This document shows positions 14,175-26,603 of a DNA stretch of 56,628 bases, in pieces (position 1 is the first letter of the stretch; every line of letters starts with the position of its first letter). Under the pieces are notes generated by a model. That model saw only the letters and a list, made by a program, of their open reading frames with translations, had not been told where the DNA came from and searched no databases. The stretch lies in contig NC_069003.1 of NCBI RefSeq assembly GCF_001194135.2, positions 35,542,729-35,599,356 on the forward strand, read 5' to 3'. Origin of the DNA: Octopus bimaculoides (taxonomy: Eukaryota). The position numbers and the translations under genes were made by a program.

Positions 14175-15464
14175 CTTGGGTGGGCTGAAAAGTTCATAAT
14201 CTGACTATGAAGGAGTGGTCCAAGAGTTGTGAAATCTTGCACGCATGAATTTCAACTCTTCTTCTTAATAACAGTCATTGTTTCTTTCCAGGTGAACCAA
14301 CATCTAAATATTTAAAGAACACTTCAGAAACAACTAGCAGCGACTTCTCTTGAAAATGGACAAAATTAGGCATCATAACTTTATCAAGTACCTGCAGATA
14401 AAAGGGTTTAGCCCCAAGGACATTCATGCGGACATGGTTCCTCCATTAGGAGATAATGCTCCAACTTTGTCAACAGTACAAATGTGTACAGCTGAATTTA
14501 AGGGGGGCAGAGCCAGCCTTGAAGATGATCTAAGGTCTGAACGTCCTGCAACTGCCACCACCGAGGAAAACATTGATCGTGTTCAATACATGGTGATGGA
14601 CGACAGGCTATTGAATACGTATCAAATGTTCAATGGTATTGGAGATTCCATGAAAAAGTTGAAAATATTCTGTACAATGAACTTGGCACGGCGGAGGTTT
14701 CTACTCGATGGGTGCCACATCTTTTGACACCTGATCAAAAGCACACCAGGTTGATCACATGACAGGAAAATCTGACATTATTTCAGGCAAACCCAACTGG
14801 TTTCCTTGAACGTCACCTTAGTCAGAATGAGTGTTGGGTTCATCACTTTGAGCCAGAGACAAAGGGACAATCTATGCAATGGTAATACCTCTCCTAACGT
14901 GCTCCAAAGTAGGCCAATATTATTTCATATGCAAGGAAAGTGATGGCCCCAGTTTGTTTTTGGATGCAAAAGGTATTGTGTTTATTGACTATCTTCAAAA
15001 GGGCTATTCTATCGGTGGAGAGTACTATGCCAACTTGCTGAGGCAGTTACAAAGGGTTATCAAGACCAAACGCCCAGGAAAACTGACGAAAGGAGTATTG
15101 TTTCATGGGGGAAATGCTCTAGCACATCACACAAGTCCTCGGTTTCAATGGCTGTTGTGTGTTATTGTGGTTTTGAACTGGTTGATCATTCTCCCTATTG
15201 TCTTGGTTTGGCCCCATCTAGCTATCATCTGTTCTCCAACATGAAAAAGCACTTGATTGGGAGCAGATATCGCAGTGATGATGACATTAAATCTACTGTT
15301 GATGACATTTTTTGACCAGCAGGATGAAGAAGCTGAAAGCTTCTTAATCAATGGAATCTAAGCACTGCAACACCAATGGGGGACTATGTTGCGAAATGAA
15401 CCTCATCTGGTCAGATTCCATGATAGTATCTTGGTCAGCTTATGAACTTTTTAGCCGTCACTCA
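14175..15464 (+). mobile_element. Full-length (1290 bp) non-functional mariner, irritans/Himar1-like, in the Wnt6 last intron
   Basis: 31-bp imperfect TIRs (cttgggtgggctgaaaagttcataatctgac, and tgagtgacggctaaaaagttcataagctgac on the reverse strand), with TA at 14173-74 and 15465-66. The transposase starts MDKIRHH at about 14356 and shows the HTH region, RWVPHLLTPDQK, ECWVHHFEPETK and a decayed YSPDLAPSDY (YCLGLAPSSYHLF). It has several frameshifts and stops. Confidence 0.95.
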
Positions 15465-16161
15465 TAAAGCTTAATATAAGCACTAAATTTAAATAAAATT
15501 CAGTTCAAATAACCTGGAAGTTTATGTAGTTTTGAACTAATAAACCTTCTTTTATCATCAACTGTATTTTTTATATAGATGTATAAAAGTCAAGTTAAAA
15601 TGTTCGTTAAGTTTTACTATTTTCACCAGAATTAAGTTGGTTTTACTGAGAGTTATTTACAGTAAATTAATGAAGTGTCACGTTAAAAATAAAGAATTCT
15701 GATTAACTAATAATTCATGCAATATACGTGTTCCAAAATTTCTAACGTATTCCAAAATTTCCATTTTGTATGTCTAAACTGATTGGTTGAAGTGGAAACG
15801 GGTCATTTGATTTGAAGCGACAGAAGTCCAATACCTCTCTTGTTGTTAGTGTGCAGTGCAAATATGGCTTTTATGATGTCTTGGTTAAGGAAAAAAATTA
15901 GTATGTGTAAACAGTTCCAGCTTAACGTATAACTGCTACGTCTGTAATTGTCATCTATGATTTAAAAAACACAAGGCTAATTAAAACTTTGCGAACCGGT
16001 TTCAGTTCGCCTTTCATCGTTTTTACTTATACATATTGTAAAAAAAAAAAACAGGAAAAAGTATTTGCAAAATCCTTAAAATCTTTTCAAACATAGTTGT
16101 TAATAAATAAAAACTAAATTTTCACATCCTTAAAATAATTTACAATTTTCCTATATTGTAG

Positions 16162-16623
16162 GCTGTGAAGAACCATATGAGGAGAGTCTGCAAGTGTCAC
16201 GGACTGTCTGGATCTTGCACATTACAAACGTGTTGGCAGAAGATGCCATTGTTCAGGCATGTTGGAAATCGATTAAAAGAAAAATTTAAAGGCGCTTCCA
16301 AAGTGATAATTTCAAATGATGGACAGCACGTAATCCCCGAAGGAGACACCATAAAGAAACCAAGTGCTACAGATCTTATTTATTCTGAAAATTCGCCTGA
16401 TTTTTGTAGACCGAGTCGAAAGGCTGGTTCTTTGGGAACCAAAGGTCGCACATGTGACTTGTACTCCAAAGATGTCGGAGGTTGTGACCTTTTGTGTTGT
16501 AAGCGCGGTTACAAAAGAGGTTACCAAGTAGTAACTGAAAACTGTAAATGTAGATTTATTTGGTGCTGTGATGTTGTGTGCCAGAGATGTGTTAATAATA
16601 AGACAATTTACACTTGTTTATGA
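16162..16623 (+). CDS. Wnt6: Wnt6, final coding exon
   Basis: Acceptor ctatattgtag| at 16161, phase 0, in frame with the previous exon (AGRL|AVKNHM). It encodes CKCHGLSGSC (the lipidated-Ser motif), TCWQKMP, ENSPDFC, GTKGRTC, CDLLCC and CKCRFIWCCDVVCQRC..TCL, with TGA at 16621-16623. The K(L/M)P.FR.VG.RL.E.F.GAS.V..SNDG segment is Wnt6-like. Confidence 0.93.
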   Translation, partial: AVKNHMRRVCKCHGLSGSCTLQTCWQKMPLFRHVGNRLKEKFKGASKVIISNDGQHVIPEGDTIKKPSATDLIYSENSPDFCRPSRKAGSLGTKGRTCDLYSKDVGGCDLLCCKRGYKRGYQVVTENCKCRFIWCCDVVCQRCVNNKTIYTCL

Positions 16624-17440
16624 CATCGTTCACTGAGCCTATCAGTGAAACAGGAGTCAAAACTACGGAGGAGTAACGTCACATGACTCATTGATGCGCT
16701 ATTAAGAAGATATATTAAAAGATTTAGAACATTTAATCGAATCAATTGAAAAATAGAGTTATTTTTCTAACATTTATTTCAGAAAATATCCTAAATTGAA
16801 GCATAAACTGAATTGCATTCGGCATCTATTTTCAATCGAAAATTAATAGGAAGCTAAAGATGAGGTTGTTATAGTTATTCTTGTCACTTATTTAAAATGA
16901 GTAATTGAACATATCAAACACAATACATATTAATTTCATTGCTTGTATAAAGGAAAAAAACCCGATTGACTATAAAAATACCAACAAAAGAAAACTGAAA
17001 ACGTTTTTTAGATGTAGACAGACAGAAGACTGGCTGTGATGATGGTTTCTCTCGAAATCACAAAGATAATGCGAAAGTGTCATCGAAACTTACTGTTTCG
17101 TCTTATCTCGTATACACACACACACACATACACACATGCGCGCATACACACACGCGCACATACACACAGACGCACACACACACACATATATAAAACATTT
17201 GTATATTATAATTTGGGGACTAAATGTAAAGACACTTAAAGACGTAATTGTAAATGATGAGGAGGTTTATATCGACAAAACATTTATACCAAGATGAGAC
17301 AGACACTTATATATATAAAAAAAAATCAATTGAAACTATAATATGCAAAATCTCCAAGTATTTTAATGCTGTCATAGTCTTTAAAATTGTAAATTCAAAT
17401 TGTTCTTTTTTTTATATACGTTCTTTTAAATATTTTTGAT

Positions 17441-17490
<50 letters not shown>

Positions 17491-17687
17491 NNNNNNNNNN
17501 NNNNNNNNNNNNNNNNNNNNNNNNNNNNNNNNNNNNNNNNNNNNNNNNNNNNNNNNNNNNNNNNNNNNNNNNNNNNNNNNNNNNNNNNNNNNNNNNNNNN
17601 NNNNNNNNNNNNNNNNNNNNNNNNNNNNNNNNNNNNNNNNNNNNNNNNNNNNNNNNNNNNNNNNNNNNNNNNNNNNNNNNNNNNNNN

Positions 17688-17757
<70 letters not shown>

Positions 17758-17795
17758 CATGTATTTGTGTAGGTATGAATGTGTAATCGTATGTA

Positions 17796-18345
17796 TAGAG
17801 GATGTCGCAAAAAAATGTACACACATTTACACATTGAATGATTATAAAGTCAGTGTTTGTTAAAATACATTTCATTTTCAAAATTGAACAGAGTCTACCA
17901 TAGAGAATTTCATCTTTTTATGAACGATTGTGTTGAAACTGAATAACGTTCTGTTCCAGGCACTACCGATAAAGAGAATCAATGGAATCGCAAACATCAA
18001 GAAAAATTAAGTGTATTTGTATGCATTCTTGTTCAATGGCTGCTTTCAATTCTGTACCGTAAACTTTATCTTTGAAATACCTTCATGGTGTGAGGTCCGG
18101 TGAAGACAGAGAGTGTCTTACTCAACCTCTCAGTTCAATACTCCTGTTTGTCAAAATCTTATCAACGTAGGATTTTACATTATTATGGTAGTGTGGATGT
18201 GAAACATCTTACTGGAAATAAAACTCCACATCTTCCAAGTTTAAGTAAATGGGACCAGACACGTTACCATCAAAACAGAATGGTCCAATGAATTCTTTTG
18301 ATAATAATCTTCCCTATACTTTAACACCTGGTGATATATTACAAC
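17796..18345 (-). mobile_element. Tc1/mariner-superfamily transposase, 3' fragment with its TIR
   Basis: Minus-strand translation FIGPFCFDGNVSGPIYL..FYFQ*DVSHPHY..SSPDLTP*RYFKDKVY..LKAAIEQEC resembles QDGAPPH..SPDLTPLDF. A TIR-like ta|tagaggatgtcgcaaaaaaatgtacac lies at 17796. Confidence 0.75.
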
Positions 18346-18359
18346 CTTTCAGGTAAAAA

Positions 18360-18810
18360 TATGAATCACAAAAATAAACCTAAGGAAATGATTTGGTTCA
18401 CCCCACCTTCTCCCTAAAATTTAAAACTGACGTAGGTAAGATATTCCTGTCCCTCTTAGATAAGCATTTTCCAGAAAATTACAAATACATCAAGACACGC
18501 TACTGCCTTAGTATACAGCTACGGCCCTAGTATAAAGAGCATCATTATCCGTAAACACCAACCCTAGCCCACTCCCAGTCGTATCTGTCGAGACCCTGGA
18601 GCTTGATCACTTGACCAGGTCTGCATTATAAACTTCGTCGTACATGAGGCAGGAGTCACAACAGCGCCACATGATAGCTTAACTGAAATGAAGAATTACA
18701 TAGGGTTACACGAAGGCGACTTCAAAAGATCGAATGCTGACCACATATCTTCATTCCGCCACATGAACAAAAATAAAGCTGCCAAGTTGGCTAGCTGGCT
18801 TGAAGACCCA
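18360..18810 (+). mobile_element. Penelope-like element fragment (linker and GIY-YIG endonuclease)
   Basis: Frameshifted translation MIWF(N)PP(F)S..KTDVGKIFLSLLDKHFP..SYGPSIKSII..NYIGLHEGDFKR..HISSFRH matches the typical PLE linker plus GIY-YIG region. Confidence 0.8.
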
Positions 18811-20029
18811 CTCCACGCCACATACAGTCACTTTTTCTATCCACCTTCCTCCCGTATTTTCTCGTGAATTCTCTTGATCTTCGCGGTGTGTGGCTCTGTG
18901 TGTGTATGTGTGTGTGTGTATGTGTACGCGCGCCCGAGAAACTAATAGTANNNNNNNNNNNNNNNNNNNNNNNNNNNNNNNNNNNNNNNNNNNNNNNNNN
19001 NNNNNNNNNNNNNNACTAGTTACATCATTGTAAATATATCATCGTCATGGTAAGTACAACGTTATGCCAAAATACATCCTGAGTAGATTCCTTGCCACGC
19101 TGTGTATCCGCAAAATAAATATCTTGAGGTTTTATTCGCAGCCTGAATGTGTTGTGCTTCACTCACAATGATAAAGATATTCAACGCGAAACGTTTTGTA
19201 TTTGGAAATTTTTAGAAACAATCAAGAAACAAAATAAAAAATTAATTTTCTCCGGTGCAGACAATCCCTGTAACCAAGAGGTGTTAAATATTAGTGCAAC
19301 AAGAATTGAACAAGTCGTAAATGAATAACGAAAATCACGAAATACAAGATTATTGAAGAGGCATTGCTTATATTTTGGCTTCCTTGAATGTTTGCTTCTT
19401 CCGTCAATTCAAAACGCTGTTAAGTTTTTATTGCATATATTCAGAAAAGGTAACTTTGTTTTTGTGTATATATTAAGTAAATCTAAAGATTTTGTCTTCG
19501 ATTTTTCTTTTTTGGATTGTTAGTTAGAAACTATGTTTTTTTTTTGTGTGTGTGACTTTTATTGTCGTTACTACTTCATTAGATTGAATTAAATACATAT
19601 GAATACAATAACAACTACATTGATGTTTTATAGTAAACAAGTGCGATTCTAATTTTCTTAGTTTTTTTATACACATAGAAGGTGAAGTTTTTATGACTAT
19701 TTGGAAATGAAGAGAAGGACATAATGTTTCACCATTTAATCATTTCTTGTTTTTAGTACGTATGTAGACTTGTAGCAGTAGAACAATCAGATTTAAAGTT
19801 TTTGACAGTTATAACAAGAAAGAAGAAAATTCAAGCTCATGTAAATGGCTCTCGACTATGTTATATGTGAAGGAAGGCAGGAAAATATTTCTTTTTCATT
19901 GTTAATGAAAAATATATTTACTGAGGAGATAAAAAAAAAAGCAATATACCGACTTGTATTTGGTATGACGATGAATTTGCCGATGATACAGTGGTTTGCT
20001 GTGTCAGTCTATTGAGATGAAATTACAGA

Positions 20030-20930
20030 ATTCTGGACATAATACTTGTTATGGCGGACTTAAGAGATTGTATGGTGCTATGGGATCTTAATTGACCTCT
20101 CACTTGACTGCGACCCATACGTAATAGTCCAGCGGATTGAGGTCTGGCGAGCTAGGGGGCCATGTGTCTGGGAGAACATGATCATGGAGATTGGTTCACA
20201 TTCACGTTTGGGTTATCCTGGCCTCATAAGACTTCACGGAGTTTTGTTGGAAGATTCTGTCTTTTCAGGAGGCCTCACAACTTTCTCCAACACCTCCGTG
20301 TAGACAGTGGCATTGACTCTTAAACCCTGTGAAAGAATTTAGGAGGCATGACATCTCCCTCGTTGCTGACGACTCCCAGAACCATCACAATAGCTGAGAA
20401 CTTAGTATGCATGACCATTGGAATCTCATTCGGGTCTCTGCATAACCATTTCTTATTCCTTCGGTTTAACTTTTGGTCCTGATCGAAGTTTTTTTTTATC
20501 CGAGAAAAACCAAAAGCATTCCAGCCTCTTGGTGTTTTAACTTTTTTAGCAAGCGCTTTGCATGGATCAAACGATTCTCATCACATCCGGCATAAACTGA
20601 GCCCTGCGTATCCCATAGAATTTCTATGCACAGCTCTTCTGATAGTGTATTCTGAAACCTTGAGGTCCTTTGCAATGGCGCTGATTGGCTTTTCGAGGTG
20701 TTTGCCGATTTGTTCTTGGACGTTTTGTACAAAGTTATGTGTGCTAATTTTACTATGACCCAGTGGATGCGTTTTTCATTTAGTTGTTGGTGTTGGATAC
20801 CTGTCAACAGCTTCCAGCTCCTTTTAAACTTTGACAACGAAGGATTAGGCAACTTTCAGGAAGCGAGCTATCTCTGTATCACTATGCTGCATTCTTAAGG
20901 CAATGAGTACAGCGTGTATTTTCATTTATT
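20030..20930 (-). mobile_element. Decayed maT (DD37D) transposon
   Basis: Minus-strand translation KRLLKKLKHQEAGML..VMVLGVVSNEGDVMPP..IFQQNS..DTWPPSSPDLNPLDYYVW. Confidence 0.9.
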
Positions 20931-21049
20931 GAATCAACGTGTTGTCTGATATTATTTATCCGAAAGGTAAGGTAAAAAAAAATACGTAAGAAGAGTTCTT
21001 GAAAGAAATGTCAACCGCAGAAATGCGGGCGAAAATAATTATAGCCAAA

Positions 21050-21550
21050 TTGAAAAAGGCATATATTTGGCATAAAATAAGTTTCACAGGTTTATACATG
21101 GTAGACAGTTTAGACTACAAACAGACCATTGCCCGTTGCTAACGATTTATGGATCCAAGAAAGGAATCCCAATACATACAGCAAATAGGTTGCAGCGATG
21201 GTGCCCCATACCACTAAACTACGATTACGCAATGGAATATTTATCCAGGATAATTCCCAGAAATGGTGAACCATTCGAGGGCATAGAAATAGCAACCCTA
21301 ATAGCCGAAAGGGAAATTAAACACCTAATATAGAACATTGTACGAGAGTTACCAATAACACGGGAGGAGATAAAGCGACACGCGTCAAAAGACAAGTTAA
21401 TTTTTAAAAGTGGTCAGCGAAAGAAAACAAGGTTCGGTAAGAAAAAACAAGATGTAGACATATATTCAACATGCGATGGTATGCTGATACATGGCCGAAA
21501 GGGTAATGATACCTGTGACTCTACAAAAGAGAATGTTGACATCCAAGGAT
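21050..21550 (+). mobile_element. Gypsy LTR-retrotransposon pol fragment (RNase H end to integrase linker)
   Basis: GRQFRLQTDHCPLLTIYGSKKGIPIHTANRLQRW..YDYAMEYL..LPITREEI..ERVMIP..LQKRML. TDHKPL and ANRLQRW are established Gypsy RNase H C-terminal motifs. Confidence 0.85.
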
Positions 21551-21555
21551 TGCAA

Positions 21556-21801
21556 GGGTGAACCCTGCTCTACTCTTTCACCCCAAATTTCTCTTACTCT
21601 TTCTTCCTGCTTCTGTTGTACCTGTTTTTCAAAGGGCCACTAGCCTTGTCACACTCTGTGTCACGCTGAACAACCCCGAGAACTACGTTAAGGGTACACG
21701 TGTCTGTGGAGTGCTCAGCCACTTGCACGCTAATTTCACGAGCAGGCTGTTCCGTTGATCGGATCAACTGGAACCCTCGTCGTCGTAACCGACGGAGTGC
21801 C
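21556..21801 (+). mobile_element. SINE family B, 5'-truncated copy
   Basis: Reverse-complement match to the 3' part of the full copy at 24688-25066. Confidence 0.9.
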
Positions 21802-22962
21802 TATACAAATCTGCAATAAACATGTATGTATTTATGTATGTATGTATGTATGTATGTATGTATGTATGCATGCATGCATGTATGTATGTATGTATGTATG
21901 AGTGTACGTGTGCGCGCGCGTTTTCGTGAGTGCCTTTGCGTTGCCAGTATTGGACAAAAACATTTTGACGACAGAGTTATCTACCTTACATCCTAAGGTT
22001 TGATTCACACACGCGCGCGTACACACACAACTCCCTTCTGTTCAATGATCTTGTCCTGCGTTTTCCAAAAGTGGGTAAACTGAAAAACATGTTATTAAAA
22101 TAATTCTAAAAAATTATGATTTCATTTTGATTAAATATATTTACTAATAGTTCAGAATACCGATGCAACCTACCAGCTATATATTAACACTTTAAATTCA
22201 TGATAACAATATAATACAAACGTTAAAACTTCTGAGATGAATAAAATTAAATTATAATACCAGGTTTGTAAGCCCAGTATATACCATGAAATTTTCGGCC
22301 TAATGCTTAGAAGGATAAAACCATAAGATAAAACCGAATTTCAAAGTATTGTAATTTGTACTCTCGTTGTCTAGTGCATATATATAAGCTTGTGTATGTA
22401 TGTACATATACATGAATGCATGTATGTATGTATATATGTATGTATGTTTGTATGTATGCATGTGTGTGTGTCTGTGTGTATATATGCATGCATATATATA
22501 TATATATATGTGTAGGTAGGTAAGTAGATAGGTAGGAATGCTAGAATGTATGTAGCATGTATTTTAATATACATGCATATATACATATACATACATATAT
22601 GTATATACACACATACATACATACATACATACATACATACATACATACATACATACATACATACATACATACATACATGCCAGAAGTAGTAAATGCTTCG
22701 ATTCATTTCAACAAATACAAACCTGAAATCGAATTGGCATTTCTCCGTTGAACCGTTCTGGTAGATGAATTATTATGTCAAAATTATACTAGAAATTTCC
22801 TACAGGCCATTTATTTAAAGCTGCATCTGATTGTAATAAAAGAACAGATATTGTAGACAGCGTGAAGAGCTTCAAGAACTTCAGTGACTAAAATATTATT
22901 AACCTTCAACTTGAAAGAAAACTATCCAATACCATGTCATGCAAGGTATCATACATAGAAAC

Positions 22963-23077
<115 letters not shown>

Positions 23078-23470
23078 CAGGGTGCATAAGGTATTTGAGG
23101 ACATCATTGCTGCATTTTTTAAAACTCTGTACAATCTTTGTTTCAGAAAATAATAATGGCAGACCCGCAGCTTACTCAAGAAATGAGGAAGCATGCTGTT
23201 ATTGCGATTATAAAGCCTAAGCTTAGCGATTTAGAAATATCTCGATTTTTTAAAAGTCGCCAGATCTTTCGTCTACAAAGTTTGTAAGGAGCTAGAGACT
23301 GTAGATGGAAATGTATCACCAGTCTCAAAGCATAAAAAAACATTCTAAACGCTCTGAAATCATTCGAACACCTGCATTTATCCAGCAAGTTCAACAGACC
23401 ATTGGTTACAATGCCAGAAAATCCATGAGGTCAATTGCACAAACATCTCCATGTGTCAGAACGAACACTC
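23078..23470 (+). mobile_element. maT/Tc1-type transposon 5' end (TIR and N-terminal HTH region), 3'-truncated
   Basis: TIR-like cagggtgcataaggtatttgaggaca at 23078 and ATG at 23156. Frameshifted translation MADPQLTQEMRKHAVI..LKVARSFVYKV..HSKRSEIIRTPAFIQQVQ..KSMRSIA..HVSERT. Confidence 0.8.
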
Positions 23471-23510
23471 GAAGTGATATTTAGATTTTTCTCTAAATAT
23501 CATTAAAACA

Positions 23511-23545
<35 letters not shown>

Positions 23546-24089
23546 ACGACTTCACATCAGTGACTGAAAGACTGTCAGAAGCGATTGTCACTTGTACAAA
23601 TAGTAAACGATTTAAAATGTGAAGCCGTTGAAAATTTTTAATCAGTTGTCTCCCTTACATCTACCAATCATTTCTTTGATTGGGGAAGTAAGAAGTATTG
23701 CATTTTGCTTCCTGTTAAATGATGACAATTTTGAAGTACCCAATGAAAGATTAATTATAAATTCTTTACAGAAAAATTGCTTATTTCTATTTTCTCAAAT
23801 ATGTATCAGACTTAGAAGTCATATTCAATTCTTTTCATTATTCAATGAATCCGCTAATTATTTTTGAAACTCAAAAGTAAAACTTCATNNNNNNNNNNNN
23901 NNNNNNNNNNNNNNNNNNNNNNNNNNNNNNNNNNNNNNNNNNNNNNNNNNNNNNNNNNNNNNNNNNNNNNNNNNNNNNNNNNNNNNNNNNNNNNNNNNNN
24001 NNNNNNNNNNNNNNNNNNNNNNNNNNNNNNNNNNNNNNNNNNNNNNNNNNNNNACATACATACATACATATCATATATATATATCTATA

Positions 24090-24126
<37 letters not shown>

Positions 24127-24229
24127 TCTGGCATTTGCTTTATTCTTTCCCTTGTCTGTCAGTCTTTACATTTGCTCCCACTAATATCTTTGGATACAAA
24201 TACCTCTCACTCGCTTCCTCTAATTTTGT

Positions 24230-24632
24230 GCTCATATATTTAAATGATAAATTCTGGAAAGTTTTACAGATTTTTACAGTTCCAGTGATGGACTGGATCT
24301 GTAGTCTTCGAATTAGCTTTCTCCTTTCTGGTTTTGAGAAGCCTAATTTCTCAACATTGGTATTTAGGCAGTGTGTTACATATCCAAGGACCCCAATAAT
24401 TACAGGTACAAGCCTGAACTTTTAATATGGTTAGAGTAACTGCAGATTTCTCAATAGTTCAGTATAGGTGCTCTCATTTTCACTGATCTTCAGCTTTATG
24501 TTAACATCCTCTGGGCAGCTAATTTCCACAACTGTGCACAGTTTCTCTTCTCTATCCCGAATCATTATATCAGGTCTGTTGTGCTTACATTTTATTGAGG
24601 TCTTCACTGGTACATTCCACCAGTATTCCTTT
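24230..24632 (-). mobile_element. Non-LTR retrotransposon 3' end with restriction-like endonuclease (R4/Dong-like)
   Basis: KHNRPDIMIRDREEKLCTVVEISCPEDVNI..Y..L..VPVIIGVLG..LQIQSITGTVKICK shows the PD..(D/E) REL core and the typical C-terminus. Confidence 0.85.
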
Positions 24633-24687
24633 TTATGTATGCATGTATGTATGTATGTATGTATGTATGTATGTATGTATGTATGTA

Positions 24688-25066
24688 TGTTGTTGACACT
24701 CCGTCGCTTACGACGTCGAGGGTTCCAGTTGATCCGATCAACAGAACAGCCTGCTCGTGAAATTAACGTGCAAGTGGCTGAGCACTCCACAGACACGTGT
24801 ACCCTTAACGTAGTTCTCGGGGAGATTCAGCGTGACACAGTGTGACAAGGCTGACTCTTTGAATTACAGGCACAACAGAAAATAAGAGTGAGAGAAAGCT
24901 GTGGTGAAAGAATACAGCAGGGTTCGCCACCATCCCATGCCGGAGCCTCGTGGAGCTTTAGGTGTTTTCGCTCAATAAACACTCACAACGCCCGGTCTGG
25001 GAATCGAAACCACGATCCTATGACCGCGAGTCGGCTGCCCTAACCACTGGGCCATTGCGCCTCCAC
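24688..25066 (-). mobile_element. SINE family B, full length, tRNA-derived
   Basis: The minus strand begins gtggaggcgcaatggcccagtggttagggcagcc..ggtttcgattccc (box A and box B) and ends ..cgacggagtgtcaacaaca. It is flanked on both sides by (TATG)n. Confidence 0.9.
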
Positions 25067-25309
25067 ATGTATGTATGTATGTATGTATGTATGTATGTAT
25101 GTATGTATGTATGTATGAAGGGGTCTGCGCGTGCAACAAAAGCCTCCTTAAACTAGAAACACAAATAAGTTTTAGCGAAGCGATAATGAGCGCCCCAAGG
25201 AGGAACAATCACGCAATAACAAGGTATGGTGTAATTTAAACCAGAAGACAACCATAATCAAAGAAACCAAGAAACTTTTAACAAGCTAAACCCTGTCGTA
25301 TGACAATAT

Positions 25310-26380
25310 AGTTCCATATTGTCATACGACTCCCTCAAATGGACTGATTAGGCAATGATAAGGCTGGGGTGTTTATTCCCATTGTGCAGGAGCACAGCCT
25401 TCAGACTTCGTTTGGAAGAGTCTATGAAAAGACGCAAGTCTGTGGGGTTGTGTGGGAAAGCAAGGAATGTGAAGAAGCCAGAGACATTTGTGCAGCAGCA
25501 CAACCTATTTTGCATATCGAAGAATGAAGCAAAGTCCTGGTTCCGTATCCTGAAACTGGTGATCCTTACATCTGCCTTGACCAGGTTCCACTGCTGATAC
25601 CGAGATGCCGGGAGCTCTGACCGCTGCTTAGATACAAATCACGGGCAACGTCATTCAGGTCCCAGATAAACAGAGACATTGTCTTCAGAAGAAACGGATT
25701 TGGCAGAATCTTCCCCTGAAAGCATTTTTTCACCTGACGAAGGAAGAAGATCCTTATTTGCTGGGAGTGTAGGATTAGGGAGATCATCTGAGTGGGGAAC
25801 AGGTCCCATAGCTGAGATAAGGTTTCTAGGAGAAGCATTGAAACCTGTTATATTTGTTAGACAAAAATAACAATCATCTGCATGGCTTCGTGGCTCTCTC
25901 CAGACCATCAGGACAACAAAGTTGAAGGCTGCTTTCTTGCCGTTAAACCATGCAGTTAGTCCATTATAGTAGGGTTTACAACAGATGTTTAAGGCCCCGG
26001 ATTTGTCCTAATCTCCAATTTTACAGTCAAAATAATGGAAGCAAGTAGTTCCGAAGAGGGAAATAATTGTTCGGCGCTGTGGAACTGTCGTGAAATCACA
26101 CACGTTGCAGAATGAATTTGCCTTGCTGATGCATCCTCGGTGTTTTGAAATGCCTGAAGCCATTGTAAAGATATGTATCATATGCATCACAAAAATAAGG
26201 AAAACAAAATAAAAATTGATCATATACTTGGTTACGTGAATTGTCGCAAAATCATAATATTGTACATCTCAAAAACTAGAGTTGATGAGTGAAAACTGGT
26301 TTTGTATCTGAAATCAGAGCCCCAAAATTAGGCCAGAATAACTATTTTTATATTTGCCTCAATTTCTCTGTAAACCAATG
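25310..26380 (-). mobile_element. Chapaev3-like (CMC) DNA transposon, 5' half, decayed
   Basis: Translation CISKANSFCNVCDF..YFDCKIGD*DKSGA..VWREPRSHADDCYFCLTNITGFN..MGPVPHSDDLP..LRLFIDSSKRSLKAVLLHNGNK..SVHLRESYDNMEL. The terminus reads cattggtttacagagaaattgagg (CAC to CAT) next to a TAA, fitting a TWA target. The family assignment is from recalled Chapaev3 motifs. Confidence 0.75.
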
Positions 26381-26512
26381 TTATTTATCATTACTAATAC
26401 AATCATCAAACCTAAACATAATTAGTTTCGAACCTAAAACTACGAAGCACAGAAGTTAAAGAGCTGAAGATACTCCACTAAAGCATGTATCCTGTCTTCT
26501 CTTTCTTTCTTT

Positions 26513-26554
<42 letters not shown>

Positions 26555-26564
26555 NNNNNNNNNN

Positions 26565-26603
<39 letters not shown>

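Noticed and set aside
25005-25066. tRNA-like sequences with box A/B (also 35184, 53770 and 55156)
   Set aside because: They are SINE heads followed by SINE bodies and tails, with no complete cloverleaf or acceptor stem, so I did not call them tRNA genes.
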